The position numbers and the translations under genes were made by a program. A stretch of 64,000 bases of DNA from a virus, in IMG/VR virus record IMGVR_UViG_3300025131_009739, positions 32,001 through 96,000 of that record; one strand, written 5' to 3'. This document shows, piece after piece, positions 35,866 to 47,000 of this stretch (positions within the stretch are counted from its first letter, which is position 1; every line of letters starts with the position of its first letter). The notes below the pieces were generated by a model. It was not told the origin of the DNA. It was given only the letters and a program-made list of their open reading frames with translations, and made no database searches.

Positions 35866-38850
35866 TTAAGCAACCGTAGTCCCAGAATCAGAATCCCTAA
35901 TATCTTCTTTCTTTTTTACTTCTATGTTCATATGTTTGGTTTCAAAAACAACATTAACATCAATTTTTCTACCAGTCTTTTTTGAAATAAGTCTAATTTT
36001 AAAATATTTTTCTGGACCTCGATTAAAAATAGACTCTTCAGCTAAACCAAGTTCCGGAGTAAGGTTGACGGCTGTGGTACCAACCTCACTTTCATCAAAC
36101 TCTATACCTGTTTTAGTTTCATCAATAAATCTTTGTTCCGGCTGTGGAATGACTGAAATATATCTTCTCATAACTTTTGTACTTTTGGGCTTCTTTTTCT
36201 TCATTTCAAAAATATCGATTAACAAATAAACAGCGCCGCTATTATCGACTAATTCTACTTTATAAACTTCGCTAGGGTTAGAAACATGGCCATGTACATC
36301 TTTAACTCTAAAAGTATAATAATATTTTGTATTTGGGATAAGATTATCAACAAGGGAAAAAGAAGAAAAACCTTCTACACCGTGTTCTCTCATGGTGCCT
36401 TTAAAATCTTGATAACTGGCGGGCTCAATGGTGGTCCTAAACACTTGAAAAGTTTGCGGAGGATCCTCACTTTGAAATTCTATTATAGATCCTTGTGGAA
36501 GCTCTTGTGCCTCATATATCTCTTTCAAAGATTCAGCATCTCCATTTTCAGTTTCGATAATAATTGGTTCCTGCTTAACCTCTCCTGTATTGCTACTTAA
36601 ATTAATTAAAACTTTATTGTTTACATTTTTATATGGAAGAATGTTTATATTTGGCGGGATTGGGGGGCTATCCATCATTCTAGTTGCACAAGAAAAATAT
36701 GGTACTTCTACCACTTTGACATTTGGCCTAGAAATAATATCAACCTCAAAATCATAAGTTGCGGTGTCATTAGAATATTTTTTAATCACCTTTTCGAAGC
36801 GTTTCTTGATCTCCTCTTCGCCCGCCATGGCGGCGGTGGCGAGGTTCCCCATGTTCGCCAAATATTTTCGATCTATTTTATACTCATATTCTGTTCCAAA
36901 AATTACTCTCCAAGCATATATTCGATAATGATATCTTTCACCATATCTCATTTGAGTATCAATATGTTTTAATACATCGAGCTTTCTAGTGTTTGAATAA
37001 TAATAATTTTGTATTACTTCAACAGGAGTGCCGGCTGCGTTGCAACGCCATTTTGCAACTCTATATGCAATTGTTTCTGAGGGCGCGGTTTTGCCTGATA
37101 AAATTTGTCTAAAACTTCTTGTTTTATCTTTGACTAAATTCATAAATCTAGCCTGAAAAATTGTCATGAGAAGATTTTTTAAAAATTTACTCTGTCCTCC
37201 ATCGTCTTCAGACTCATGAAGCATATTATAATATTCGGAATCAAGTTCTGCTAAAACAGTAAAATCTTCTCCAGTTTTGTTAGCAAAAATCTCGGCTCCT
37301 TTATCTGCAAACTGATCAGTCCAGTTCCAGAAGCTATCATCATAAAAGGAAAAACTACTTCTACCATCAATTACTTCTTCAAAATCTGTACTGGCTTTTT
37401 TAACCTCACGAAATCCTCGCGCTGAGCCCCAACCAGATCTTGCAGCATTTTTTTCAACTGTAAATATTTCATCGCCGGAGTCTGCAGCAACATTTGATTT
37501 AAATTTAAGTCTATTTTTCATGCCATCAGCAAAATTTCCCTGTCCTCCTTCAATCATAGTTTTTAAAATTGCACCATCTAATTTAGCGTCTACTAATAAA
37601 TCCGCTAAAGAAGTATTTGTATCAGTAGAAAATTCCAATTCAAAAAACATAGGAAACATAAAACGTTTATAATGATATTCAACCATTCTTTTATTCATTT
37701 CATAAGGAGCAAGAATGTTGGCATGTTTATTTCTCATAGTACTGAAGACCTGGCGATCAACTCCACCATAGACAGCAATTTTACTGTTATAAACTCTGGA
37801 CCATTTTTCAAAATACTGCCCTTTACTTTTTTCTCCTATTTTTTCTCCCTTCTCGTTTAACGCATCTTTAAACATGTCTGGAAGCTGATTCTTCAATGTT
37901 ACAAATTTATGAAATTCAGTAAATTGTTGTTTTCCTGGTATGCGATCCGGGGAGATTTCTTCCATCAAAAACACATTCATATTTGGCAACAGCACAGTGT
38001 CGTCGAGTCGCTCTCCCGGGAGCCTCCAGTCTAAATTCTCATAATCTTTAACATAAAAATTGTAATCAGATTTGCATTTATAATAAAGAGGCTTATTCAT
38101 ATATGATGTTGCCTCCAGTTCTTTAAAAGAGAATGGTTTATAATAAATTGTTGTGTAATCAATATGTCTTTTTCCAGTCGTTTTATAATAAACGTCCTTG
38201 TTGTAAACAAACTTTAATTCATTAAAATATATCCTTTTCGCGAAGGCGGCGAGCAGAGATAAATTCTCCCCTTTCAGGTGTTTATCGGCCCCGCGAGGGG
38301 TTCTGATGGTAATTTTCTCTCTTCTTTCGGGTATGTTTCGTTCATTCCCTTTGTCCGCGGACCCTCTCTCCGCCATATACCACTTTTCAACGGACGTAAC
38401 GTCTTGATGGGTTATTCTAGGATAAACAACAGTATTGTTACTAATGCCGTTGACGTTCGCGTCCGTCTCTTGAAAAAAGTTTGGACTAAGCCCACCGTCC
38501 GAGGCGTCAATAGCCCAATAAGCGCCGATGGCTGCGCGGACTTCATCTTCAGGTTTCCAGTTAAGAAGTCTGTTTGTCCAAAAATGAGAGTAGTCGCCAG
38601 ACCAGTCTTCAGTATGAGTAAGAAGTTCTTTGTTAAAGGCCTCCATTGATTTCTGTTTAACATAATAAGCTGGGCCTTTTTCTAGGCCGGCTGTAGAGCG
38701 ATCACGGTAAAAACGAGGGGCGTCATCAAAAAGGTAAACCTTTCTTGGGGAAGAGAGGTTTTCTCCAGCTACTTTGTCCCCATCGTCGAAATCGCTTTCC
38801 GGAGCAGTTACAGCTTCTTGGCCACTTGTATTGTTACTTGTTGGTGCCAT
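35866..38850 (-). CDS. Large hypothetical virion protein with FN3-like C-terminal region
   Basis: LIPNTKYYYTFRVKDVHGHVSNPS is FN3-like; located in the baseplate cluster. Confidence 0.55.
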   Translation of the reverse strand: MAPTSNNTSGQEAVTAPESDFDDGDKVAGENLSSPRKVYLFDDAPRFYRDRSTAGLEKGPAYYVKQKSMEAFNKELLTHTEDWSGDYSHFWTNRLLNWKPEDEVRAAIGAYWAIDASDGGLSPNFFQETDANVNGISNNTVVYPRITHQDVTSVEKWYMAERGSADKGNERNIPERREKITIRTPRGADKHLKGENLSLLAAFAKRIYFNELKFVYNKDVYYKTTGKRHIDYTTIYYKPFSFKELEATSYMNKPLYYKCKSDYNFYVKDYENLDWRLPGERLDDTVLLPNMNVFLMEEISPDRIPGKQQFTEFHKFVTLKNQLPDMFKDALNEKGEKIGEKSKGQYFEKWSRVYNSKIAVYGGVDRQVFSTMRNKHANILAPYEMNKRMVEYHYKRFMFPMFFELEFSTDTNTSLADLLVDAKLDGAILKTMIEGGQGNFADGMKNRLKFKSNVAADSGDEIFTVEKNAARSGWGSARGFREVKKASTDFEEVIDGRSSFSFYDDSFWNWTDQFADKGAEIFANKTGEDFTVLAELDSEYYNMLHESEDDGGQSKFLKNLLMTIFQARFMNLVKDKTRSFRQILSGKTAPSETIAYRVAKWRCNAAGTPVEVIQNYYYSNTRKLDVLKHIDTQMRYGERYHYRIYAWRVIFGTEYEYKIDRKYLANMGNLATAAMAGEEEIKKRFEKVIKKYSNDTATYDFEVDIISRPNVKVVEVPYFSCATRMMDSPPIPPNINILPYKNVNNKVLINLSSNTGEVKQEPIIIETENGDAESLKEIYEAQELPQGSIIEFQSEDPPQTFQVFRTTIEPASYQDFKGTMREHGVEGFSSFSLVDNLIPNTKYYYTFRVKDVHGHVSNPSEVYKVELVDNSGAVYLLIDIFEMKKKKPKSTKVMRRYISVIPQPEQRFIDETKTGIEFDESEVGTTAVNLTPELGLAEESIFNRGPEKYFKIRLISKKTGRKIDVNVVFETKHMNIEVKKKEDIRDSDSGTTVA

Positions 38851-38882
38851 TTTGTTTCTCTTTATTATAACTATTCATTTTA

Positions 38883-41800
38883 TTAATACATATCCCCTTT
38901 TGTCGGCTTTTTCTTACCAGGTTTGGTTTGTTTCTCTTTCGCCGAATCGAAAATGCCAGAAATATCAAAGCCGGTTTTCGGCGGAATGTACCCGGCGCCC
39001 ATCGCGCCGCCGATTTTGGGAGTTAAAATTGGGATAGTTGATTTCATCATTGTGTTGCTGAGACTCTTAAGTCCCGCCATTATTGGCTGGCCGAGGGTCG
39101 GTATTATTTTAGCAGAAGAAGGAAGAAACCCACCAGGCAATGTGCCTGGAGATAACCCAATTGCGGTCTCTGCGGCGGAGGTAACGGCGGCAGCAGTCGC
39201 TGCAGCGATCTGAATTTGGCCAGCAGTAGGAGCGCCCACTGCGGCAAGAACTGGCGCTGCAGCCTGAATTGCGGCCGCTGCAGCTGGAGATATCGGAGGT
39301 GGGTTCAGATTCAACGCGGCAGCAAAATTAATTTTCGGTTTCCCGGGTTTCATAAAAAAGTGTTTATTATATATTGGGAAATCAAACGCTTCAATCTCAG
39401 GTATATTTACTTGAGAATTGCTATGTCTTTTAACTCTACAAACAAGTCTGTTATCGCGATCATCCATCTTAAAACTACCTTCGTTAGAGTTAATCCTTTC
39501 CCACTGTTCCATTCCTATTTGTTGAAATAATGGATCACTCATTTGTGCTTCATTTTTTCCAGTGCCATCTACAATTCTGTACCCTGTTAACATCTCAACA
39601 CTGCAAAGGTTCATAAAATTCAAATAAAAGAACCCCAAACTGTCACTTTTTTTATTCGGATTAAAAACTTCACGTTCTAAATCAAGTGCTAAATCATGTT
39701 CTTCTTTAGGTTTCGATTTTTGTGTGCAAACGGCAATCATTGCTTTATATTGATTTGGATAATTTGATAAATCTCCAGCAACATCTAAATCGAAAACCCT
39801 TTGGACAGGACTATCAATATTAAAATGTGCATATGGATCAAACTTATAAGTTGGATGAGAAAAATAACTTGACAATTTAAGTAAAGCTTTATTAGGGTTT
39901 GTTAAATCATTTACATAAACTCCTTGAGGCGTATTTTTATTTACGCCATGCCCAGCCAGAGGTGCGACTAATGGAAGAGTGCTGAGAACACTAGTAAATT
40001 TTATTATATCTGTAAAAGGTGTTGTTTCTTGACAATAATCGGAGATTTGATCGTCTTCAACGTGAACATTAAAAGATTCCATGCTGCTGACAGTACAACT
40101 TTTACTAGCCATAAAATCAATCAGCCCGCCGCGTAGCCTCTGCATTGCATTTGCTTTTGGAACTAAATTCCTTCCTATGGAGTACGGATTCTTATCAATA
40201 TTCAAGCCATTGTTGTACCTTAAAGCTTCAATCAATATTTGATTATATCTGTGTGGTTCATAAAATTTATTAGCTTGTTTTAATGCTTCAGATAAAAGAT
40301 CGTAAACTACACCTTTTCTAGTGGATATTGACATTGGGCTAAAATAAGCAAACTTTAAAGGATCCAGCCCTAACCTTACGCCTCCTTGAAAATCTTTGTC
40401 TAAATGTAGTGTTCCGGTTTTTTTTCCAAAATACTTTCTCATTTCAAAATTGGATCGCTCTCTAAAATCCCCAGTATTAAGTAGCATAAGTCCAAATTCA
40501 TTTGTAGAAGGTTCAGAAGTGAGATAATCTACTCCAAAATATTTTGACGTATCACTATCAAAGATGTCTTCAAAATTAGAAAACTCTTTTATTACTTTAA
40601 ATGTTCTCGTTGCATCGACTTTAAGACTTTGTGGCTCTGAGCCGGGCCCGGAAGGGGCATCTTTTGTAACTGGTCCACTTATAGCAGAATCTAACATTCT
40701 TTCAACATTTATAGACAAATCAGAAACTAATTTCAAAAATGATCCAATTCCTTCAGGAGACCCAACAACAGGATCAACCATTTTAGCAATCTCCCTTATG
40801 AGGTTCTGTTGTGGGTGATCCTCTGCAGGGGCCGGGCCTGCTCCTTGGTATTGTGGTTGGAAGCCTTTTGTTAATAATTGAAAAATATCAACATATTGTG
40901 TAATTATATCCGTAAGAATGTTATTTTGCCCAGAATGTTTTTTAGCTGATTGAGCGACATTGTTCAATAAAGTATTTTCAGCTATTGATCCTTCAGAAAA
41001 CAATTGAAGTATATCGTCTAAAAATTCTGGAATAAAACTTTGTGCAACAAGACTATAATTAAGTTTGTATTTTCTACGACCAGCCTGGTTGAAACCGTGG
41101 GATTTCTCAACTGTTTCTGGAGAACTAATATTCTGTGAAACTGCAACGTTATAATACTTTTCAAATGTTGTCGTTATATTAACTAATTCTTGTAGTCTTT
41201 CTTCCATAAAATTTACAGTCGGATCTTCAATCTCAATTTCAACATCATATCGATAAAAACCATTTGTAATTTCTGACATCATATGATCAACTGCTGCAAA
41301 ATGTCTCATAAATGGGTAGTCTGATCTAAACTCCTGCGTCATTAAATTAACTTCTTGTACAGTTGCAGCGACTTCCTTAGAGCGATTGGTACCATATATA
41401 CCTGGATCGTCACCGACTTCAACAATTCTTTTCCCAGGCTGTAGCCTGGCGCTTCGGCCTCCAAATCCAGGACCAGACGAGAGTCCAATTTCATTATCTT
41501 TTGTGTGTACAAGCATCTCCGGAGGAATATTTCGATCAAACTCAACTGACCTTTTTGTCCCGAGCTTGTTAACGCTAGAGGCAGTTGAATCAACTCGATT
41601 GCGTAATATCTTGAACGAACGTATATAACTTTTTCGTAGTAACTGACTTATGAACGAAGGACTAGAATTTTCAAATAAAATAGGGAAAGCTGAATTTTTC
41701 TTTACCATGGTCAAATAATCTACGCTAAAGAAAAATCTACATTTTCCTTCGCGATCTTTAGATGTAAAAAGTTCAGAAAAATATGATGGCTTTCTTGATA

Positions 41801-42845
41801 TATCCAAATTATCATTAATTGGAAAAGTTATAACATTTTGACCAAGTTTTTTATTTTCTACTTCTCTAAAATCAAATATTTGTCTCTCAATTCTTTTTAA
41901 CGTTCTAAAATCTTGTACAGTTCGGTTATATACCATTTCAGCAGTTAATTTTGGTTGATTTTTTTTAGGATTGTGAGCCTTCCCACCCATCCATCCAATA
42001 TAACCTATACCGCTTCCGGGGCCATGATAGTGTACTGGGCCATGCCATATTTTTCCTTTTGCTATTGCGTTGCCTTCTGAAGGGGAAAATTTGATGATCT
42101 CTTCGGCGGTTGGTGTCTGACGATAGATTGTTTTTTGTGTGACTAATTTTCCACCTCTGATAATAGGCTCATCTATATGTTGACCAAGAAGAATCTCGAC
42201 TTCATCATCGCCTTTAAGCCCAAAATTTTGTTTTATTTCATCAATATCTAAATAGGGAACTACAAATAAAGACAAATGACTTGGGCTCACCTCTTTAACT
42301 GATATAGTGTGTCTAAACGGTATGTCATAAATAATGTTTCCATTATTATCAATTGTTTTATTATAATCCTTAATGTGATCTAGTATATCTTCGTCATCAG
42401 TAAGTTTAAAAAAAGAAGTATCAGACAAAGATATAGTTGTGCTTTTGGCACCAGGGGGTGTCTTTTGGCCTGCCACCAAATCTTTTACCCGTTCGTTACT
42501 AGCATGCATGCCGCTATAAGCTGACTCGCTTTCCACGCTAATGATTTTTATTTTATAAAACTTCAAAAAATCTTCGTTAAAAAGAAAACTAGAAACGAGA
42601 TCTCTTCCTTTTGGAACTTTCGCCTTTAAGGAAAAATCAACAAAAACATCTAAACTTTCTTCCGAAGTCCCAGATAAATTTTTTGCTTCTGCAGACCATT
42701 CGGGCTCAAGTGCAGGTTTTTGTATATGAGGGTTTTTATTAAATAGAGATTCCCACTTTTCATTGGCTACATTTAAAACAATTTTGTTTATATAAACGCC
42801 CGGTAGAGCACTTTCAAAATAACTTGATAGATTATCAGACATCAA
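38883..42845 (-). CDS. Large hypothetical virion protein with Ala/Pro/Gly-rich C-terminal tail
   Basis: 1320-aa ORF; ATGA overlap with the upstream gene; baseplate cluster. Confidence 0.55.
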   Translation of the reverse strand: MMSDNLSSYFESALPGVYINKIVLNVANEKWESLFNKNPHIQKPALEPEWSAEAKNLSGTSEESLDVFVDFSLKAKVPKGRDLVSSFLFNEDFLKFYKIKIISVESESAYSGMHASNERVKDLVAGQKTPPGAKSTTISLSDTSFFKLTDDEDILDHIKDYNKTIDNNGNIIYDIPFRHTISVKEVSPSHLSLFVVPYLDIDEIKQNFGLKGDDEVEILLGQHIDEPIIRGGKLVTQKTIYRQTPTAEEIIKFSPSEGNAIAKGKIWHGPVHYHGPGSGIGYIGWMGGKAHNPKKNQPKLTAEMVYNRTVQDFRTLKRIERQIFDFREVENKKLGQNVITFPINDNLDISRKPSYFSELFTSKDREGKCRFFFSVDYLTMVKKNSAFPILFENSSPSFISQLLRKSYIRSFKILRNRVDSTASSVNKLGTKRSVEFDRNIPPEMLVHTKDNEIGLSSGPGFGGRSARLQPGKRIVEVGDDPGIYGTNRSKEVAATVQEVNLMTQEFRSDYPFMRHFAAVDHMMSEITNGFYRYDVEIEIEDPTVNFMEERLQELVNITTTFEKYYNVAVSQNISSPETVEKSHGFNQAGRRKYKLNYSLVAQSFIPEFLDDILQLFSEGSIAENTLLNNVAQSAKKHSGQNNILTDIITQYVDIFQLLTKGFQPQYQGAGPAPAEDHPQQNLIREIAKMVDPVVGSPEGIGSFLKLVSDLSINVERMLDSAISGPVTKDAPSGPGSEPQSLKVDATRTFKVIKEFSNFEDIFDSDTSKYFGVDYLTSEPSTNEFGLMLLNTGDFRERSNFEMRKYFGKKTGTLHLDKDFQGGVRLGLDPLKFAYFSPMSISTRKGVVYDLLSEALKQANKFYEPHRYNQILIEALRYNNGLNIDKNPYSIGRNLVPKANAMQRLRGGLIDFMASKSCTVSSMESFNVHVEDDQISDYCQETTPFTDIIKFTSVLSTLPLVAPLAGHGVNKNTPQGVYVNDLTNPNKALLKLSSYFSHPTYKFDPYAHFNIDSPVQRVFDLDVAGDLSNYPNQYKAMIAVCTQKSKPKEEHDLALDLEREVFNPNKKSDSLGFFYLNFMNLCSVEMLTGYRIVDGTGKNEAQMSDPLFQQIGMEQWERINSNEGSFKMDDRDNRLVCRVKRHSNSQVNIPEIEAFDFPIYNKHFFMKPGKPKINFAAALNLNPPPISPAAAAAIQAAAPVLAAVGAPTAGQIQIAAATAAAVTSAAETAIGLSPGTLPGGFLPSSAKIIPTLGQPIMAGLKSLSNTMMKSTIPILTPKIGGAMGAGYIPPKTGFDISGIFDSAKEKQTKPGKKKPTKGDMY

Positions 42846-43945
42846 GACGTCTCCTTCTCAAATTCTGGCGGGCATGGATCCTCTTCGGGATCAAGATCAT
42901 AAATGTTAGCAAATCCAACTTCTTCTTCGAAACAATCAAAAACACGGTCTTGATCGGAAAAAATATGCTTTCTTCTTTGTACATTAATTGAAGCACAATA
43001 AAGTTCATTATCAATCTCTTCGTCAGTTAACATTTCAAAATAGTATTCTACATGCTTTTGGCTAGGAAGACCGAGATCCGTTTCTGGATCATGGAAATAT
43101 AACAATTGCAGGTCATCTCCATCGACCTTATATACTTCAATATCAAAGTTTTCTCTTTCAAATAAAGAATTTTTTTCTTCTGCCTCAAAAAGAAGATAAT
43201 GTGGCCTAACTTGAAATGTAGAATTATCTTGGTACACAGTCGCATGATACGCATCGCCGCCGCCGGAGTCGCCGTATGGCATATCAGAAAACACACCTAA
43301 ATCTAATTCGTCTTCAACATTATCTTTTACCCAAGTTCCATCATCATTGACAAAAGAAATAAAAGTTTCATATGAGCTTGTTAAAAATAATTGTGGAATT
43401 CTTGAAATACCATTTGAACCAGATAGTGTTGGCTTTGAGCCAGTTAATTCGCTATTTAAAAATTTTATAGACCACGCAGGGACATAACTAGAACCATATT
43501 CTGAAGTTCCCAAAGGATGAGACAGCACATAGTCCTTGAGAGCGGCTGGTTGAGCATACATGACTTGAAATCTCATCATATCTTCTTCAGTCAATACCGG
43601 GTTTTGGCCCACTTCTACTTCAGTATCGTCAAATTCGGGACCCATAGTTCTGGCTTCCTGTGCCAACTTACTCTTATTTTCAAGTATATGTTTGTTAGCC
43701 TTAGTCACCTCCGTCCCGGGTCCTGGGCTGAAAACATATTGCGTTTTTGGTCTCACCGAATTCTTAATTCTTAACTCTGAATCATTTTGAGCTTCACTTA
43801 AATCAGTATATGAGGAATCATATATAACATCGGCATCAAAAAAAGCATATTGAGAAGGCTTAAACTTCCCCAATGATAGTAAATGTTTACCATATTGAGT
43901 AAGCTGAATTTCAATTACGTCTTCTTTTTTATTAAAAAATGTCAT
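42842..43945 (-). CDS. Hypothetical baseplate-region protein
   Basis: N-terminus EIQLTQYGKHLLSLGKFKPSQYAFFDADVIY resembles that of 34756..35799. Confidence 0.55.
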   Translation of the reverse strand: MTFFNKKEDVIEIQLTQYGKHLLSLGKFKPSQYAFFDADVIYDSSYTDLSEAQNDSELRIKNSVRPKTQYVFSPGPGTEVTKANKHILENKSKLAQEARTMGPEFDDTEVEVGQNPVLTEEDMMRFQVMYAQPAALKDYVLSHPLGTSEYGSSYVPAWSIKFLNSELTGSKPTLSGSNGISRIPQLFLTSSYETFISFVNDDGTWVKDNVEDELDLGVFSDMPYGDSGGGDAYHATVYQDNSTFQVRPHYLLFEAEEKNSLFERENFDIEVYKVDGDDLQLLYFHDPETDLGLPSQKHVEYYFEMLTDEEIDNELYCASINVQRRKHIFSDQDRVFDCFEEEVGFANIYDLDPEEDPCPPEFEKETS

Positions 43946-44000
43946 TTTGTATAAATTCCAACCTTATAATAATTACTCATATTTAATAAAATATTCTTCA

Positions 44001-47000
44001 TTAAGTTCCTGGAACCTCCGAGCCCGGTGGTGGCTTTTGTGGAGGAATCGGAGGTAGCCATGGCAAGTTCACATTGCCGGCAACATCAGATAAAGTAGCC
44101 ACATCATCTCCAATGGCTCCTCGAAGCTTGTATTCAGCTTCTACTTGTACTAGTTCAACAAGAGAAAAGAAATCATAAGGCCAATTATAATTATAATCTG
44201 GCTTCTTTAATTTTTCATCTCCAAACTCAAATTTAAACCTTTTGTCGTCTTTTGTGTCCTCTGTTACATTAAAGTAACTTTGCTCTGCTTTTTTCTTAAC
44301 TTTGAAAACCATCCATCTGACATCTTTTGGCATCGTATTAAGATTTAAGAAATCCCAAGAGGCTGCAAGATCTAACGTTATGCTTGCCTCATCTTTTTGC
44401 GCTTCCGTAGCAATTTTTGGCATAAGATTTTGCCAAATATCAATAAGATCTTGTTTTTTCAAACAATGATGAAACTCGAAAATAAACATGGCAAATGGAT
44501 CTATGCTACGATTTTTAATAAAATTCATATGTGGCGGTAGATAATACTTGCTCATTTTATTAACCATCTCGGTTATCGCTTTACTTGGAACACTAGACCC
44601 AAAGGCAGCTGCGCGTTTTGCTAGGTCGTCGAGATTTGTTTCGGGCGACCTTTGTAAAAGCTGGGCATAATCAATGTGTCTTCGTGTAATTGGAAAGAAT
44701 GGACTTGTTCCTTCGTCATAATTTGATCTTATTGGTATAGCGACAACAGCTTCAGAGATGATTTTATTATCTGCAATTTGACCTAATTTTCTGTCCGGAC
44801 CAACGAGACCAGAAGGTTCTTTAAATCCTAATACTTGGTATAATGATCCTGTTTGTCTGTGACCTAACCTAGTTTCATCAGACGGCTGAGTTCCAATCCC
44901 GTGTAGTGCATTTTCTCCAGCGCCTCCGAGCATTGCTTTTAATATGGCTGTTGGGTGTGATTCTCTCAAGCCCATATAAATTCCTTGAGAACCGGTTGGT
45001 TCGACTCCGTAACCATACCACATTCCGCGAGTAGAATAACCGAGATTCGTATCTATATTGCCAGAGAAATTTAATATTGGTGTTTCAAATTTTGGAGAAA
45101 TAACCCATGCATCCAAAGACTCATCACCTTTCGATGCCTTCGCTTCTATCGCCTGACCAGTGATTGGATTATATGTAATCTCTGGTACAGTTGTTCTACC
45201 AAAAAGATTTATTGACGATGCAACTCTCATTTTGGATTTGAAAGCAAGACTTTCATTGCCTTGCCCTTCTTCGCCAATCTGAAATGAACCAGATCCGTAA
45301 TCTTTAAGAAGGTTCCAAGATTCTCTCCAATTAGGATCATATGTTGTTTCAACCTGGGCGCCGGCTATAACTTCTTCTATTGTAAACTCAGCAAGTTCTC
45401 CATGAGAAGAATGAAGATCAACTGCTGAAAGCAATAGTCTGTGTTTATGTGGAGAAAAAGCTAATCTCGCTACTGATTTGCCATAGAAATATGGCGGTGT
45501 ATAAGGAGCAAAAGCGGGATCTTGCGTTTGTGCTGCGACGTAGACCAAACTGGTAATTGGATCAAGAGGGTAATTATGTGTTTGACAAGTTGGTCCATAA
45601 TGTATTCCCCTTGCTGAACCAGATTGCATATCTTGTTTATTGAAAGCCAAATCGCCGGAGCTGCGGCCAGCTTTGAATGGGAAATCTGGCCCTTCAAACA
45701 TGATCATATCTTCATATGGGTTGTGTCCGGGAGGTTTGTCAACTGCGCTGCCGCTCATGCTGTATTTTTTTCCTGACTTTCTCAATGTCACATCCATAAA
45801 ATATGTTGTTCCAGATAACATCTGAAATCTTCCCGGAGTCGACGTAAAGCTTTGGAACTTGCCTTTATCCAAGAAAAATCTTGGTATTTCTCCCAAGAAA
45901 TTGTGCATTGCCATTGAGTAATTTGGTGTGTAATCTCCTGTCCAAAGCGCGTGCTTTCCTTGAGTGAGATCGGTTATCTCGCCGGCGAGCCCTGGAGGGT
46001 GTATTAATGGTATTTCCGATCCTACGCCGTGGTCTCCGGAGTGGCTGACTGGCAGATATGTATGAGGTTCTATGAGAGACTCGAATGGAAAACGAATATT
46101 ATGAATTTTTTCATATTCAAGACCCTCAGTGCCGACGTCGTCCGATCCTGTTTGGGTAAGATAACCCATGCCAGCGAAGCCGATTGCGTTTGGCAACGAT
46201 CCAGTCCAATGTGGCCAATCTACAGCGATGCCTGATTTAATTGTATTATACATAATACCAGGGGCGAACCATGGTTGCAATAACGACTGTAATTGTTCTT
46301 GTGGGTGTACTTGTGGTGTCTTTCCGGCGAATGCAATAGATGAGGTTAAATGTGGTCCATAACTTTGCGAGAACATAGAACCCAATTGCACACATCTCAA
46401 TACTGGATAAAAACCATTATATGGTAAGAGTTTTTTAACTGCTTTGCACTTTAATGTAAATTCTTTTGCCCTTCCTTTAACATCTTTCTGATAGTCGTTG
46501 CCAATAAGCTCTACAAATTTCATAAAATCAGAATGAGAATATAGTTTGTAGAATGGCAAATTTCCAGTGCTAATTGGAGTATCTGAACTTGCAGTGTGTA
46601 ATGCACCGACAAGAGATAAGAATTTTTTGTTCGTGGCAGCAAAGCCATTATCAATATAATAATCCATATGATCTGAAATTTTAAATTCTGGGAGGATTGA
46701 ATAACCTTGTCCCATTGTTCTTACATCTACTGCCCACTGATCATATGAATCATAAAAAGGAGACTTCCCAGACAACAGTGAAGCACTATAATGAGGTTTA
46801 AAGTGTGCCCCACTGATGCCCTGGTCCGCATCCCATGAATCATGCTGGATGATGTGAAGATATTTAGGAGGGATGAAGGTCTCAAAATTTGCAATAGGCG
46901 TCATGGACATATATTTATTTTGGAATAAATATGTCTGTGAAGCGGTTGGGACGGATCGTAAGCTATAATGAACAGAATCGGTTTTTAAGGTGTTTGCAAC

